Shown: positions 1 to 11,186, counted from the first letter of the stretch. The stretch is 64,000 bases of DNA from Fimbriimonadia bacterium (GCA_041483895.1 JBGPGO010000002.1:32001-96000), one strand, 5' to 3'. Numbers and translations: made by a program. Notes: generated by a model not told the origin, from the sequence alone.

Positions 1-2017
1 CTTTGATCCAGAGAATTCGATCCGGAAATCCGCCATCGATCAAATTCTTATAGCAGACGTTATGAAACGCCTTCGAACGGTTGTTGGTGCCCATTCCATC
101 GATCTGCACGACGATGAACCCAAGCTCCGCCATTTCCATCATCTGATTGTAGCCTGCCCAGGATTTTGGAACAAACGAGCCCTGTGGTCCAGCGTAGATG
201 TTTTCTATGACCGGGTAGTTCTTGTTCGAATCGAAGTTAGAAGGACGAATGATAACGCCATAGATGTCTGTCTTTTCGTCGCGACCCTTCGAGACAAATC
301 GCTCCGGCATCTTCCAACCCGTTGCTATGAGCGCCGATCCGTTGGACAATTCGAGTTTGCATACCAGTTTGCCGTCTTCCGCGCTTCGCAGTTCGGACAC
401 CGGAGGCAGATCGACGCGAGAATAGGTATCGACAATGAACCGCCTGTCCGGCGAAAAAGCGACCTGATGCGTGCCGTCCCCGTGCGTCAGAACTGTCAAA
501 CCGGTACCATCAAAATTGACCTTGCAATAATGTATGTAGTAGGGATCCTGGCCGGGGATGATGCCACTCGCCCGGAACCAGATCACTTTATGCTCTTCGT
601 CCACCGAATCCACCTGCCGAACCACCCATTCCCCCTTCGTAATCTGATTCTTGACTTGGCCGGTATCCATATCATATAAATAGAGGTGATTCCATCCGTC
701 TCGTTCGGACATCCATATTAGATCCGAACCCACCTGTTGCATGAAGAACTTGTCCGCGTAATCAATGAAGGTCTTGCTTGTTTCATCCACAATCGCCGTC
801 GCTTCGCCAGACGACGGTTCAATCCCGATAACCCTGAGTATTTGATGCCCGCGCTGGTTGTAGACGAACAGGAATTTTCCCGATGCCGCATCCCAGTGGG
901 GATTATCGATGTCATACGGGTTTTGGAAAAGCGCGTCAGACACCAATACCTCTTTGCTCCCGGCAACGTCGAAGATGTGAGGCTTGGAGATTGGCAATCG
1001 ATCTCCCGGCTTGTAGTAGTCCATCGTGTGTAGCTTCGGCTGCACTTGATCGGCGGGAGAGGATTCCACCATATATACCTTATGCCCTTCGCCGGCTTTG
1101 GTCTTCATGACCGCGACATGCCGCGAATCCGGCGACCAGAGAACCGGGTCGGTAAAGGAGTTGTCTGCGGTTCCATCGACCGTCAATGGACTCTCCTCAC
1201 CGGAAGTCATGTCCCGCAATATGAGATTTCGGTCCCTGATGAACGCCCGCCACTTGGCGTTTGGAGAAATATGGGTATCCGGTCTTGGCTCGGGACCGGA
1301 TTCGGGGGAATCTTTTCGTTCGTCGATCACCGCCGTGCCGGGGGTGTCTGTGGCCTCGTAGGCGCCGATGAATTGTCCGCTCGCGTCTTCGACCAAGAAA
1401 ACATGATGCGCGTAGGTATTTTGGCTGAACTGCTCACCGGGCTTGATCGTGCCGTAAGCGACGCGCTGATTGTCGCCATTGATCCAGAACAGTTTGACAT
1501 CGTTCTTGGTGTTGTTGGCAAAGGTGATGGTGGACTGTTCGCCGCCCTGGCCAGACGGCCTTGGCCGGCGCAGACGGGGCAGGGAAGGCGCTGAAAGCGT
1601 CACGTCCGCCCGCTTGGTGAGTTTGCCATCGGCGTATTGCCACGTCACGCCCGCTACCCGCAGATACAACCCGTCATTTCGGGATTCCATCCACTCAACC
1701 GGCAGCCGATCCGGATCGAACGACCCTCCATGCTCGCTGAGAGTCTTTGCAAGCTTTTTGTGGTCAAAGGCGGGCAATCGCGTGCCCTTGGCGGCATCGA
1801 CCATCACGAACTCGCGAGCGCCTCCCGGAAGATCGTTGCGATACCAGAACTTCGCGCCGTTATCGAACCAATTGGGTTGTACTCGGGCGCGAAATACCTT
1901 GTTCTGCGACGTGGTTCGGAGGCGAGCGGCGCGGTCATAGTCGGCCTTTGTGCCCTGCGCATGGACCGCCAAAATCAGCGCGGCGAGGGAAAGGATGGTT
2001 ATGAAAATTTTGGACAT
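1..2017 (-). CDS. S9B family dipeptidyl peptidase IV-like protein (DPP IV N-terminal propeller + start of S9 catalytic domain) with inserted VHL-beta-like domain; 3' end outside window
   Basis: Manual translation of minus strand from ATG 2017: signal peptide [70 protein letters not shown]; open to window edge (not in ORF track because no stop). Confidence 0.9.
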   Translation of the reverse strand, partial: MSKIFITILSLAALILAVHAQGTKADYDRAARLRTTSQNKVFRARVQPNWFDNGAKFWYRNDLPGGAREFVMVDAAKGTRLPAFDHKKLAKTLSEHGGSFDPDRLPVEWMESRNDGLYLRVAGVTWQYADGKLTKRADVTLSAPSLPRLRRPRPSGQGGEQSTITFANNTKNDVKLFWINGDNQRVAYGTIKPGEQFSQNTYAHHVFLVEDASGQFIGAYEATDTPGTAVIDERKDSPESGPEPRPDTHISPNAKWRAFIRDRNLILRDMTSGEESPLTVDGTADNSFTDPVLWSPDSRHVAVMKTKAGEGHKVYMVESSPADQVQPKLHTMDYYKPGDRLPISKPHIFDVAGSKEVLVSDALFQNPYDIDNPHWDAASGKFLFVYNQRGHQILRVIGIEPSSGEATAIVDETSKTFIDYADKFFMQQVGSDLIWMSERDGWNHLYLYDMDTGQVKNQITKGEWVVRQVDSVDEEHKVIWFRASGIIPGQDPYYIHYCKVNFDGTGLTVLTHGDGTHQVAFSPDRRFIVDTYSRVDLPPVSELRSAEDGKLVCKLELSNGSALIATGWKMPERFVSKGRDEKTDIYGVIIRPSNFDSNKNYPVIENIYAGPQGSFVPKSWAGYNQMMEMAELGFIVVQIDGMGTNNRSKAFHNVCYKNLIDGGFPDRILWIK

Positions 2018-2076
2018 TCCTATCTTTTCCCTCTCTTTGCGAACGGTCCCTGCGCCGAGCCGGTAGAATTAGGTTG

Positions 2077-2760
2077 ATGAAGGCGATTGTATTGCTTAGC
2101 GGGGGATTGGATTCGGCGACCACTCTTGCGATCGCACGGGAAGAGGGGTTCGAAACCTACGCCCTCACCTTCCGATATGGTCAGCGCCACGCAATCGAGG
2201 TCGAATGCGCTCGCAAGGTGGCGTCGTCGCTGAGCGCCAGGGAACATCGCGTGATTGACATCGACCTGCGCGCCTTTGGGGCATCGGCGCTGACCGGCGA
2301 CATCGATGTGCCGAAGGGCGGACTGGCGGCCGGAATTCCCATCACGTATGTACCGGCGCGCAACACCATATTTCTTTCCTATGCGCTCGCTTGGGCGGAA
2401 GTGTTGGAGGCGAGCGCCATCTTCATCGGCGTTACGGCCGTGGACTACAGCGGGTATCCCGACTGCCGGCCAGAATACATCGCGGCGTTTCAGGCCATGG
2501 CGAACCTTGCGACAAAAGCCGCCATCGAAGGAAATCGCGTGGCAATCTACGCGCCTCTGATCGAATTGAGCAAGGCGGAGATCATCCGCCGCGGAGCGCG
2601 TTTGGGAGTCGACTTCGGCAACACAAGTTCTTGTTATGATCCTGCTCTTGATGGCGCCGCTTGCGGAGAATGCGATTCCTGCCGAATCCGCCGACGGGGA
2701 TTCTTGGATGCGGGACTACCCGATCCCACGAGGTACATGGTGCATGAGCTACGCAATTAA
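2077..2760 (+). CDS. queC: 7-cyano-7-deazaguanine synthase
   Basis: SGGLDS ATP motif, [20 protein letters not shown]-terminal SCY...CGECDSC Zn motif. Confidence 0.96.
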   Translation: MKAIVLLSGGLDSATTLAIAREEGFETYALTFRYGQRHAIEVECARKVASSLSAREHRVIDIDLRAFGASALTGDIDVPKGGLAAGIPITYVPARNTIFLSYALAWAEVLEASAIFIGVTAVDYSGYPDCRPEYIAAFQAMANLATKAAIEGNRVAIYAPLIELSKAEIIRRGARLGVDFGNTSSCYDPALDGAACGECDSCRIRRRGFLDAGLPDPTRYMVHELRN

Positions 2761-3373
2761 AGAGATCTACTACACGTTGCAGGGGGAGGGCGCCCATACC
2801 GGCCGGCCCGCCGTTTTCTGCCGATTTGCCGGCTGCAATCTTTGGAGCGGGCGCGAAGAGGATCGCGACTCGGCGATCTGCTCTTTTTGCGACACGGATT
2901 TTGTGGGGATGGATGGTCCGAATGGCGGCAGGTTTTCATTGGCGATCGATTTGGCGGAAAAGGTGGCTTCGTTGTGGCTTGGTGGTGGTGCGCCGTTAAT
3001 TGTTTGCACCGGCGGGGAACCTTTGCTGCAAGTTGACAAGAAACTGATCGATACCCTTCACGCCTGCGGGTTTTTCGTTGCCGTAGAAACGAACGGCACA
3101 TTGCCCGCGCCGGATGGCATCGACTGGATTTGCGTGAGCCCCAAGGCCGCGGCGCCGTTGGTATTGACGAGTGGAAATGAGCTAAAGCTGGTCTATCCGC
3201 AAGCGGGAGCCGAGCCGGAGCGGTATGATGGCCTAGCATTCGATCACTTTTATTTGCAGCCGATGGACGGACCGGAACTGGAGGCGAATACGCAGGCTGC
3301 GATTCGCTATTGCCTCGATCACCCGCAGTGGAAGCTTAGCCTTCAAACGCACAAGTTTGTCGGATTGCCCTAA
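2744..3373 (+). CDS. queE: 7-carboxy-7-deazaguanine synthase (radical SAM, CX14CX2C type)
   Basis: [48 protein letters not shown]; overlaps queC end. Confidence 0.95.
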   Translation: MSYAIKEIYYTLQGEGAHTGRPAVFCRFAGCNLWSGREEDRDSAICSFCDTDFVGMDGPNGGRFSLAIDLAEKVASLWLGGGAPLIVCTGGEPLLQVDKKLIDTLHACGFFVAVETNGTLPAPDGIDWICVSPKAAAPLVLTSGNELKLVYPQAGAEPERYDGLAFDHFYLQPMDGPELEANTQAAIRYCLDHPQWKLSLQTHKFVGLP

Positions 3374-3375
3374 AG

Positions 3376-4224
3376 CTATTGCCAATCCCACAGATAGGCG
3401 TCTCGATCGTAGATCCGGCCGCGCCATTGATCTTTCACATCGCAACCGGCCGATATTTGCGGTATGCGGAGCGCTTTCACATGCGTATCCGCAAAGGTAA
3501 CGATTGCGGTCTCCCCGTGCCAGGGCCAAACAGCGCCAAACACGTTGGAAGCCTTTGGCTGGCCCGGATTCCATGCGCCCAGCCACCAGAATGCGTTTGT
3601 TCCGGGCGGGAATGGGGGAAATGTATCAATGTTGTCCACGGTCACACGGCACGGCGGATCAACCACCCAAATCCCACCGCCTTCGGGCGTGCCGGATGGG
3701 TAATCGCGATCCCAGATACTGTTAAGAAAGACTAACACCTTCGCCGGTGTTTGGAGACGATTGGCCTTGATAGGTATGGAAAGCGATCTGCCATTGATCG
3801 TATACATCGGCGCGATATACTGCAGGCTAATCCCGACATCCGCCCGGGTGCCGCGTCCATACTCTTTACACGCCGTATCAGTAGGTCCGCATGGCTTTCC
3901 ATCGATTGTCAGATCGCGATTCTTATTTGGATCGCCGGGAGATACGTAGATGCCCCAATTCCTGGTATAGCCTTGCGTGGATGTGGGCCAAGCCTTGTCG
4001 GGCGGAAACCATTTGCCGACGGTATAGCTGGACGGCGGAAATCCCAAGGAATTGTCGTCCTTATACATTTCCGTCGCCTTGCCCGTCTGATTGAAATTGC
4101 TGATATCGGCTGTTTTGTTGGCCTGGAGACGTGCTTGCGCAAAAACGGGGAACAGGATGGCGGCCAGGATCGCGATGATTGCGATAACCACCAACAGTTC
4201 GATCAATGTAAATCCACGTTTCAT
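3376..4224 (-). CDS. Prepilin-type N-terminal cleavage/methylation domain protein (DUF1559/H-X9-DG-like family)
   Basis: KRG|FTLIELLVVIAIIAILAAILFPVFAQA; C-terminal WHGETAIVTFADTHVK; RBS GGAGG. Confidence 0.92.
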   Translation of the reverse strand: MKRGFTLIELLVVIAIIAILAAILFPVFAQARLQANKTADISNFNQTGKATEMYKDDNSLGFPPSSYTVGKWFPPDKAWPTSTQGYTRNWGIYVSPGDPNKNRDLTIDGKPCGPTDTACKEYGRGTRADVGISLQYIAPMYTINGRSLSIPIKANRLQTPAKVLVFLNSIWDRDYPSGTPEGGGIWVVDPPCRVTVDNIDTFPPFPPGTNAFWWLGAWNPGQPKASNVFGAVWPWHGETAIVTFADTHVKALRIPQISAGCDVKDQWRGRIYDRDAYLWDWQ

Positions 4225-4343
4225 TTCAACCTCCCTTTGCTCGCCTTTACGCTCAGGATCACGATGGCCAAAACAATTGCGATGATTGCCACGGTCGCTA
4301 CCACCAGGAACAAATCGAAAAGCGAAAATTCAGACTCCTTCAC
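4221..4343 (-). CDS. 40-aa single-TM peptide with degenerate prepilin-like N-terminus (not in ORF track)
   Basis: GTG..TGA reads MKESEFSLFDLFLVVATVAIIAIVLAIVILSVKASKGRLK; starts 1 nt after upstream TAG and its TGA overlaps the prepilin ATG (ATGA). Confidence 0.55.
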   Translation of the reverse strand: MKESEFSLFDLFLVVATVAIIAIVLAIVILSVKASKGRLK

Positions 4344-4344
4344 T

Positions 4345-4572
4345 CTATCTACCAGGCTTGCCGCTCGGGCCCATCATGCCGGAACCGGGGACGATGCCAC
4401 CCGGCTGCAGCTCCGGCTGGTTGCCGGGCGCCTTCTGCTTGCTCATTTCTTGCAGCGCGCTATCCACGGTCCCCTGTGACTGGGAGCTCGATTTCGCGTA
4501 CAGAACAACAGCGATAGCGGCGATGACGAGACCCGCGACGAGAGCCCAAATCGGTTTGATGGTCCGGTTCAT
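4345..4572 (-). CDS. Small membrane-anchored hypothetical protein (75 aa)
   Basis: N-terminal TM (IWALVAGLVIAAIAVVLY), Pro/Gly-rich tail; co-oriented in operon upstream of prepilin gene. Confidence 0.7.
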   Translation of the reverse strand: MNRTIKPIWALVAGLVIAAIAVVLYAKSSSQSQGTVDSALQEMSKQKAPGNQPELQPGGIVPGSGMMGPSGKPGR

Positions 4573-4587
4573 TTCACGACTACTATA

Positions 4588-6780
4588 TCACGAATCGCCG
4601 CGAATTGTACCGCTTTGGATTGCCGTCGGGTGGCCATCCGCGTATACACACCACTCGCTGCCTTCAATCTGTACGTCGATTCTTTGGCCGCGAATGCGTG
4701 CGTTTTCCAGCCGGACCCAGTCCAAATCGAACGGCAGCGGATCGATCGAGAGGCCGCCATCCGTTTGCGGTTGGAGGCCCGCCACATGCCGGATGATCAG
4801 GTCAACCACCCACGAGTGCTGATAGTCGTCCACCCCGCGATATTCGCACGCCTGGCCGGTAAACGGATTGTAGTGCTCGAAGCAGTTCGGCTTTTTCGGA
4901 TCGCCGTCGTAGAACATCATGTGGATGAATTTGCGAATGAAATCCGCGGCCGGCCGCCTGAGAGTTGCGTCGTGCCGGGCGGCGCCGACGAGGGCTTCCG
5001 CGATGTGGCTGTTGGTCATCGGCCAGACGCGGCCGTTCCACGGGCAGTTGGTCCGTTTCCCCTTCCATTCCGCTTGCGCGTTGAAATAGGGGTCGTCCAC
5101 GCTGGCGGCGGGAACGGGATAAGGGGTCCAGAATTCGTCTGGGTTGAGAAGATGTTTCTGGATTGACACGATGTGTTCTGAGGCGGCGAGATCGGAGCTG
5201 AACGGGTAGAAGCAAAGGGCAGATTTGAAGGGGCTTCGTCGCAGCGTCTTCGGGTCCACGTCGCAAAACATCTCCAGCACCGGGTCCCACATATACTCCC
5301 GCACCGCCCGCTTGGTTCTCTCCGCTTTTTGCTGCCAGTTTTCGTCGGGCGCGATGGCGGCAAGCGCTTTGAACAGTTCGTAGATATACAGCGTCGCATC
5401 GACACCCTTGAGGCAGATGCGTCCCCACTCATCGGCCTTGTCGTCCACAAATAAATATCGACTCATATACTCTTGACCTGTCTCTCCCTGATTCAGGACA
5501 TCATATAGTCCTATGCCGCCCATGTCTCGTCCGCGCTCGAAGTACGCCGCATATTTGGAAAGGGGATGATAGATCTGTTCTAAGAATTCCTTGCGGCCTG
5601 TGATAGCATATAGGTCCATCGCGTTGCGGCCCCAATCTGCGTGATAGAATCCGGGGCGATCGCGCACGGAATAGATGTGCCCTGGAATGAAACCGTTTTC
5701 GTGCTGACACGCCAATTCTCCCAGCAGGCATCCTTCCGCCAGGCTCGAATCATGCATCCAGGAAGTTTCGCGAATATGGCATTGGGCCGAATAGCTGATG
5801 TGTTCCCGAAAGGCACCGATGCCCTCGAAAACGCAAGGACATGGAAATGGGGGATGTTGCACGTCTACCGTCAAAAGCCGCAATCCATACCATCGGTACC
5901 AATAGTAACGCGTTATGTGTTCGTCGGAGCAATCGAAATAGGGGACTGAATCAAAGTATTCGCGCCACGCTCTTTCGCTTTGTGCGGCCACGTCTTGCGA
6001 TACGACATCCCTAGCGGCAGGGCGAGCTTTTTCCCGCGTAGTGTTTATTGCCGCAGCGAACGTGAACCTACACGGCTCATTCGGCTGAACCTCCAAGGAG
6101 TAATGCTGTGCGATATGAACCTGGCCCGTGGGGTTCCATCCGGCGTCCCACTTTTCATCGTTCGGCAGCAAACAACTCTTCCACTTTTCAATAAAGATTG
6201 ATGTTTGCCAATAAGGGGCGGGATCGCAGGGCTCGGCGAGATTTATCGTGTATGAATTCCGCGGCGCGCTGCCGGCCAAACTGACATACAGATCGATATC
6301 GCGATGGTGGTGGGCGTGATGAGCGAAGCAAATGTATTGGTCGCCGACTGATACGTGATTGATGGAAGTATATGGTTCTTCATTGGGCCTTTTCTTTTCC
6401 TGCAGCGACCAAGCCAGTATGTGCAGTTTCCGGGCTATTGGCGAGAAAAGACTGAGCGCGGAACAGAATGAGTGATTCTCCGTGACTACGCGTGTCTCCG
6501 TCATTTCCAAATCGCCGCACGTCCGACGCGTCACCAATCGATCGGGTCGCCAGTCGTGGCCGTGACACACCCACTCCAACGGCCTGCCATCCTCGTCGCA
6601 GACGAATATGTGAAACAGCCGCTCCAAGCGCAGGTCCGCATAGTAGCATTCGTCCCAAAATCCCGGCGCGTTCAGCCATTTTGGAAACTCCGGTGCATAC
6701 ATCGCGCCCTTGCCGCCGCCCAGATACCACTTGTCCGCGCGCCGCAGGTACTCCAGCGGGTCGATTCGAGGTCGGTCCAT
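4588..6780 (-). CDS. MGH1-like / GH63-type (alpha/alpha)6 glycoside hydrolase
   Basis: 730 aa; YYWYRW, ETGQE, REYMWD, EFWTPYPVP, WNGRVWP, FEHYNPFTG motifs. Confidence 0.8.
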   Translation of the reverse strand: MDRPRIDPLEYLRRADKWYLGGGKGAMYAPEFPKWLNAPGFWDECYYADLRLERLFHIFVCDEDGRPLEWVCHGHDWRPDRLVTRRTCGDLEMTETRVVTENHSFCSALSLFSPIARKLHILAWSLQEKKRPNEEPYTSINHVSVGDQYICFAHHAHHHRDIDLYVSLAGSAPRNSYTINLAEPCDPAPYWQTSIFIEKWKSCLLPNDEKWDAGWNPTGQVHIAQHYSLEVQPNEPCRFTFAAAINTTREKARPAARDVVSQDVAAQSERAWREYFDSVPYFDCSDEHITRYYWYRWYGLRLLTVDVQHPPFPCPCVFEGIGAFREHISYSAQCHIRETSWMHDSSLAEGCLLGELACQHENGFIPGHIYSVRDRPGFYHADWGRNAMDLYAITGRKEFLEQIYHPLSKYAAYFERGRDMGGIGLYDVLNQGETGQEYMSRYLFVDDKADEWGRICLKGVDATLYIYELFKALAAIAPDENWQQKAERTKRAVREYMWDPVLEMFCDVDPKTLRRSPFKSALCFYPFSSDLAASEHIVSIQKHLLNPDEFWTPYPVPAASVDDPYFNAQAEWKGKRTNCPWNGRVWPMTNSHIAEALVGAARHDATLRRPAADFIRKFIHMMFYDGDPKKPNCFEHYNPFTGQACEYRGVDDYQHSWVVDLIIRHVAGLQPQTDGGLSIDPLPFDLDWVRLENARIRGQRIDVQIEGSEWCVYADGHPTAIQSGTIRGDS

Positions 6781-9700
6781 TAAGATAATTTTAGGGAGAT
6801 GATCTCGAACGGACGAATCTCAAGCTCGACCGCGCCATCACGAACCTGGAGCGCCTCTTGCTCCCGCTCCAAAAGGTCGCATCGCTGGCAGGTTGTAACC
6901 GCGAAACCGAACCGGATGACGGCTCTTCCGCGCGCATTGTGAGCCTCGTACATTCGGACGACGATGGCGTCCGAATCCTCCGCGCGCTTAAGCGCCTCCA
7001 GCACCAGCTTGGGCCCAAACGGCTCCGCTTCTGCGGCCACAAGCGCACGTTGACCGGCCGGGATGGAAGCGGTTAGACATCGAACGGGCGAGTTGAGATA
7101 GTTGGCGAGATCTACCACCGGCACCTCCAACTTTTCAATGTCCGGTTGCGCATGTCCGGCGGCGCCCAGCACGGAGTAGGCGGCGAGGGATGCCAGCGAC
7201 GGGCCGGTCGGCACCCATGCATTTCGGAATCCGCCGAGGTGTGGATAAAGCCAGTATGTGAAATGATGTGATCCCATGTCCGCCTCGGGATCCGGCGCCT
7301 TGGGGGATCGCAGCAGTGTGAGTCGCATGGTATCGCCAAGAATGTCATGACCATACTTGCAATCATTGATCAGCGCGGCACCCCATCCGCCTTCACTTAG
7401 GTCTACCCACTTGTGCGCGCAAACCTCAAACTTTCCGATATCCCATGATGTATTGAAGTGATTCGTGCGCCGCAAGTGACCGAACTGTATGTCATACGTG
7501 GCATGATCGGAGTTGACCCTGACCGGGAATGCCACTTTCAGCATCTTTCGCTCCTCGTACCAATCCACGTGCGTATCAAATTCGATGTAAGGACATCCGG
7601 CTGCCAGTCTCACGTGCTGCGTTATCTTGCTGCCATCCCCGACTTTTCTGGCAATTTGGAAGGCCGCCCGAACCGGCCCGCGCTCCACAATTTCTATCGA
7701 CTCCAACCCCGCGACCGGTGTCATGGTTTCACTGGCAAACACGTCGATGTCCCAAGCGTCCCAATCGTTGGGTGTGTCATCAAAAAACTGGAACTGATTG
7801 ACTGTGCGGCCTTCGCTAACTACTTCTTGGCCCGTCGCCTTCATCATCATCGATGCAATGTTGCCGGTATCGTCCAACATGACTTTCAAGTATTCATTTT
7901 CCAGCGAGCGATCCGTCGCAGAAACCGATGGCGCCACCCCGGCCTCGGATGACAGCTTTCCGTACGTGAAGCCAATGTCTATCTCCGGAGCGCGCACCAA
8001 CATCTTGCCATCTCCCAAATCTTGCGCGGGCGACGGGATCCCTTCTCCCCATGCGACGGATGCCGGAAGCTGGCCGGCATATTCCACCTCGCACACAGCC
8101 GGCACACCGGGATAGGCGAGAAAAGCGGTCACGTAATCTCCAGGCGATGAAGTCAGGACGCGATCGCGAAGGCCGTCCAGAATTTCATGAACGCGGGCGT
8201 AGTCTTTGTCGCTGTCGCGATAGACAATATTGACGCTGGAGCCGGGGATGATGTCGTGAAACTGGTTCAAAAGCACCAATTTCCACGCCTCGTCCAGCTC
8301 CGCGCGAGGGTATTCGCGCGCGGGAAGTTGGGTAGCGCACAGCATCTCCACCTCGCGCAATTTCAACTCGCATTTTCGGTTATGTCGCTTGTTTGCCGCC
8401 TGAGTCGTGTAGGTCCCGCGGTGACATTCCAGATACAGTTCGCCGGACCAAACAGGCAGGTCTCGCGCATCCTCTTTCGCCTTAATGAAAAAGTCTCGAA
8501 CGCATTCCAATTCCACTTTCGGCAGCCCTTCGATGTCGCGCATCCGCGCCGCATTCTCGATCATCTCAATGGTTGGTCCGCCGCCGCCATCGCCGTAACC
8601 ATACACATATAATGATCGATTGGCCCTGCCATGATCTTTGAAGTTCTTTACGCTGTACACCAACTGCTTAGGTGTCATGGATGCATTATAGTCATCAGCC
8701 GGAAGAAAATGCGAGAAAACCTCCGTCCCATCAATCCCTTTCCACAAAAACGTATGATGCGGAAATCGATTTATCATCGACCAAGATATCTTTTGCGTCA
8801 TGAAACTGTCAATCCCCGCTAGCTTCATGATCTGCGGCAGGCTGGCGGCATACCCGAACACGTCGGGCAGCCACATATCCGTCGTTTCGACCCCGAAATT
8901 CTCTAGGAAAAACCGTTTGCCGTATAAGAACTGCCGCACCAAACTCTCGCCGCTTGCCAGGTTGCAGTCGGCTTCCACCCACATGCTGCCGGTCGGCTCC
9001 CACTGGCCAGCCCGAGCACGTTCTTTTATGCGCTCAAACAGCGCCGGATAGCTCTCGCGCATCCAGTCATATTGCACCGCCTGGCTGCAAGCAAACTTAT
9101 ACTCTGGGTAGAGCTCCATATATCGCGTGGCGGTGGCGAAAGTATGAGCGCACTTCTTGCGTGTGATAGACAGCGGCCACAGCCATGCGGTATCGATATG
9201 TGCGTGTCCGATAGCGCTGATCAGGTGCGCGGAGGCGTTCACCGGTTGATTCCACTCATTGCGCAAAACGTCCGCGGCGGACTCATACCCATCACGTAAA
9301 CACACATTGATACTCTCATTCATCGCATACAGCAATCGCCCAAATCGCGGTTCGTCGCGCGGCAGTTGATGCAGCAGGCTGAGCGCCACTTTGAAATCAT
9401 AGGTGTAGGACCAGATGCGCGGGTCGGGCAAAAACAGAAACGCCTCACCCACCTCGCACGGTTCCGCGGGCGGCTCGGCGGGCTTTATGCGGTCGTGCAC
9501 GGTGGGGTTGGGCGCGTACGCCTCCGCGATCAGGTCGATCTCCGGCCCGGTCTCCAGGTGCAGATATCGGTGGTGCCGGTCCAGCCCCTCGCGCGGCGCG
9601 TTGTCCTTCCAAATCGTGGTCTCCGCGCCCAAGCCAATCACCGCCAAAACATTTTCCCGCTGCCAGTTGTCCGGCACGCGGCCCGTCACGCGAAACCAGG

Positions 9701-9899
9701 CTGTGGACCAGATCGGCCCCCAGCGGAACCCCTTCTCCACTTCCGTAAAGGTCGCCCGCCTCGCGCTCGCTTCATCTACGATGCCCGGATCGCGGCTGAC
9801 GGCCAACCGCAACGGCTCCTTGCCTTCGATTAGTGTGGCTTCCAGCTTTTCAACAAAACGGTCGAGCCGCTTCACGGTCTGGTCGGGGTGCTTGAGCAT
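6780..9899 (-). CDS. GH38 alpha-mannosidase (alternative start 9929)
   Basis: GHAHIDTAWLW, WLPDVFGY nucleophile motif, GYGDGGGGP, GELYLECHRGTYT, LLNQFHDIIPGS. Confidence 0.95.
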   Translation of the reverse strand: MLKHPDQTVKRLDRFVEKLEATLIEGKEPLRLAVSRDPGIVDEASARRATFTEVEKGFRWGPIWSTAWFRVTGRVPDNWQRENVLAVIGLGAETTIWKDNAPREGLDRHHRYLHLETGPEIDLIAEAYAPNPTVHDRIKPAEPPAEPCEVGEAFLFLPDPRIWSYTYDFKVALSLLHQLPRDEPRFGRLLYAMNESINVCLRDGYESAADVLRNEWNQPVNASAHLISAIGHAHIDTAWLWPLSITRKKCAHTFATATRYMELYPEYKFACSQAVQYDWMRESYPALFERIKERARAGQWEPTGSMWVEADCNLASGESLVRQFLYGKRFFLENFGVETTDMWLPDVFGYAASLPQIMKLAGIDSFMTQKISWSMINRFPHHTFLWKGIDGTEVFSHFLPADDYNASMTPKQLVYSVKNFKDHGRANRSLYVYGYGDGGGGPTIEMIENAARMRDIEGLPKVELECVRDFFIKAKEDARDLPVWSGELYLECHRGTYTTQAANKRHNRKCELKLREVEMLCATQLPAREYPRAELDEAWKLVLLNQFHDIIPGSSVNIVYRDSDKDYARVHEILDGLRDRVLTSSPGDYVTAFLAYPGVPAVCEVEYAGQLPASVAWGEGIPSPAQDLGDGKMLVRAPEIDIGFTYGKLSSEAGVAPSVSATDRSLENEYLKVMLDDTGNIASMMMKATGQEVVSEGRTVNQFQFFDDTPNDWDAWDIDVFASETMTPVAGLESIEIVERGPVRAAFQIARKVGDGSKITQHVRLAAGCPYIEFDTHVDWYEERKMLKVAFPVRVNSDHATYDIQFGHLRRTNHFNTSWDIGKFEVCAHKWVDLSEGGWGAALINDCKYGHDILGDTMRLTLLRSPKAPDPEADMGSHHFTYWLYPHLGGFRNAWVPTGPSLASLAAYSVLGAAGHAQPDIEKLEVPVVDLANYLNSPVRCLTASIPAGQRALVAAEAEPFGPKLVLEALKRAEDSDAIVVRMYEAHNARGRAVIRFGFAVTTCQRCDLLEREQEALQVRDGAVELEIRPFEIISLKLS

Positions 9900-9925
9900 T
9901 GGAAAACTGTTTGACAGGGGGCGGT

Positions 9926-10888
9926 TCATCCCTGCAAAGAGTCAATATCGAATTTCAGGTTCGGATCCAGCATCATTTTGGCTAGCGTCATTCCGTCTAT
10001 GAGCAGGATTTGGAAGACGGTTTGGCACCGAGCGTACTCCCGCGCCGCTTGTGTAAATTTCGCGGTGGTGATAAAGACCCCTTTGGTGACACCTTCCCCG
10101 AATAGCGCGCCGACGAACGACTGGATTTCATCCCGTCCAACGCTGTTTCGTATCCACCGCTTGACCTGTATGCAAATTCTGTCGAGACCCAAGCGATCTT
10201 GCTTGATCAGGATATCGATGCCGCCATCTTTGGACATGTTCGTGAGCGTTGCGCCGCCCGGGTTGCAGTGACCGTACCCGAGGTTGATCATGAATTGCAT
10301 GACGATCGCTTCCAGCTTTTGCGGGGAAGATTCCTCCAGTTTTTTCAATAATGCGGCGGCCTGGAGTTCGAATTCAGACGGCGGTACCCAGCGGTTGCTT
10401 CTTATAATCGCGTGCGGATTGACCGCTTTCGGTCCCCTTGACATGAGCTCACGGCCGGCGTCGGTGATATTCCAATAGCCCTTGCGGGCATTGTCGATCA
10501 GGCCGGCACCTTTCAAGCGCGAAAGAGCCCAGTCGACGCGAGTCTGAAAGATCTTGCGATGTGGGGACATGCTTGCGGCGAGTTGGGCAGGGGTAAGTTT
10601 GAAATGCGAGGCAAGCGTTTTTGCTATGATTTTGGTTCTTACATCCGCGGACTTGGTGATGATTTTGAGGGCGGGCACATATATGGATTGCATGGTAGGC
10701 AGGGAATTGTGTGGGTCGTCCGCATAGACGGCATAACGCCGACCGATACGCGACCCTGTCTGGGGGGCAGGCAGGCGCGCGCGGCCGGTGGCAATGATTG
10801 TTTCGTCGTAGATCGAGCTGCGATTCGGTCGCTTAGGGGCCTTGCCGGCGCTCGTGTTGGTTCTCGGTTTCGTTTTGCTTGTTCTCAA
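9926..10888 (-). CDS. mrr: Mrr-family (type IV) restriction endonuclease; probable TTG start
   Basis: Mrr_N-like winged helix (RVDWALSRLKGAGLI..RKGYWNITDAG) + catalytic DGGID...IQVKRW, GVFITT; GGAGG 4 nt upstream of TTG 10888. Confidence 0.88.
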   Translation of the reverse strand: MRTSKTKPRTNTSAGKAPKRPNRSSIYDETIIATGRARLPAPQTGSRIGRRYAVYADDPHNSLPTMQSIYVPALKIITKSADVRTKIIAKTLASHFKLTPAQLAASMSPHRKIFQTRVDWALSRLKGAGLIDNARKGYWNITDAGRELMSRGPKAVNPHAIIRSNRWVPPSEFELQAAALLKKLEESSPQKLEAIVMQFMINLGYGHCNPGGATLTNMSKDGGIDILIKQDRLGLDRICIQVKRWIRNSVGRDEIQSFVGALFGEGVTKGVFITTAKFTQAAREYARCQTVFQILLIDGMTLAKMMLDPNLKFDIDSLQG

Positions 10889-11186
10889 ATATCCTCCCTT
10901 GCAAAGTCGCAAATGCCCCGGAGCGTGATTGGTTGCGGTGGGACAGACGGCGGCGGGTGTTCGATCGGGGTCACTATCCAGCAATTCGGGACAGCCTCCG
11001 TTGGCGCGGATCAGGCTCACCGTCGTACGGGGGCTTCCGCCCGACAAAAGATCAAATCCGTTCGGCTGCGTTCAGGACAAGCGCGGCCTGTTCGTTATTG
11101 AACAACTGCCTGATCAAGCAATGTGGGGAATGATACCCGATAGCGTAGACGCTTGTCAACCTGTTTTGGGGCTTTTGACCCACGGG

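Noticed and set aside
2077..3373. queC/queE as a defence or DNA-modification system (Qat/Dpd)
   Set aside because: Both look like canonical housekeeping enzymes and there are no dpdA, TatD or ATPase neighbours; queD is probably elsewhere.
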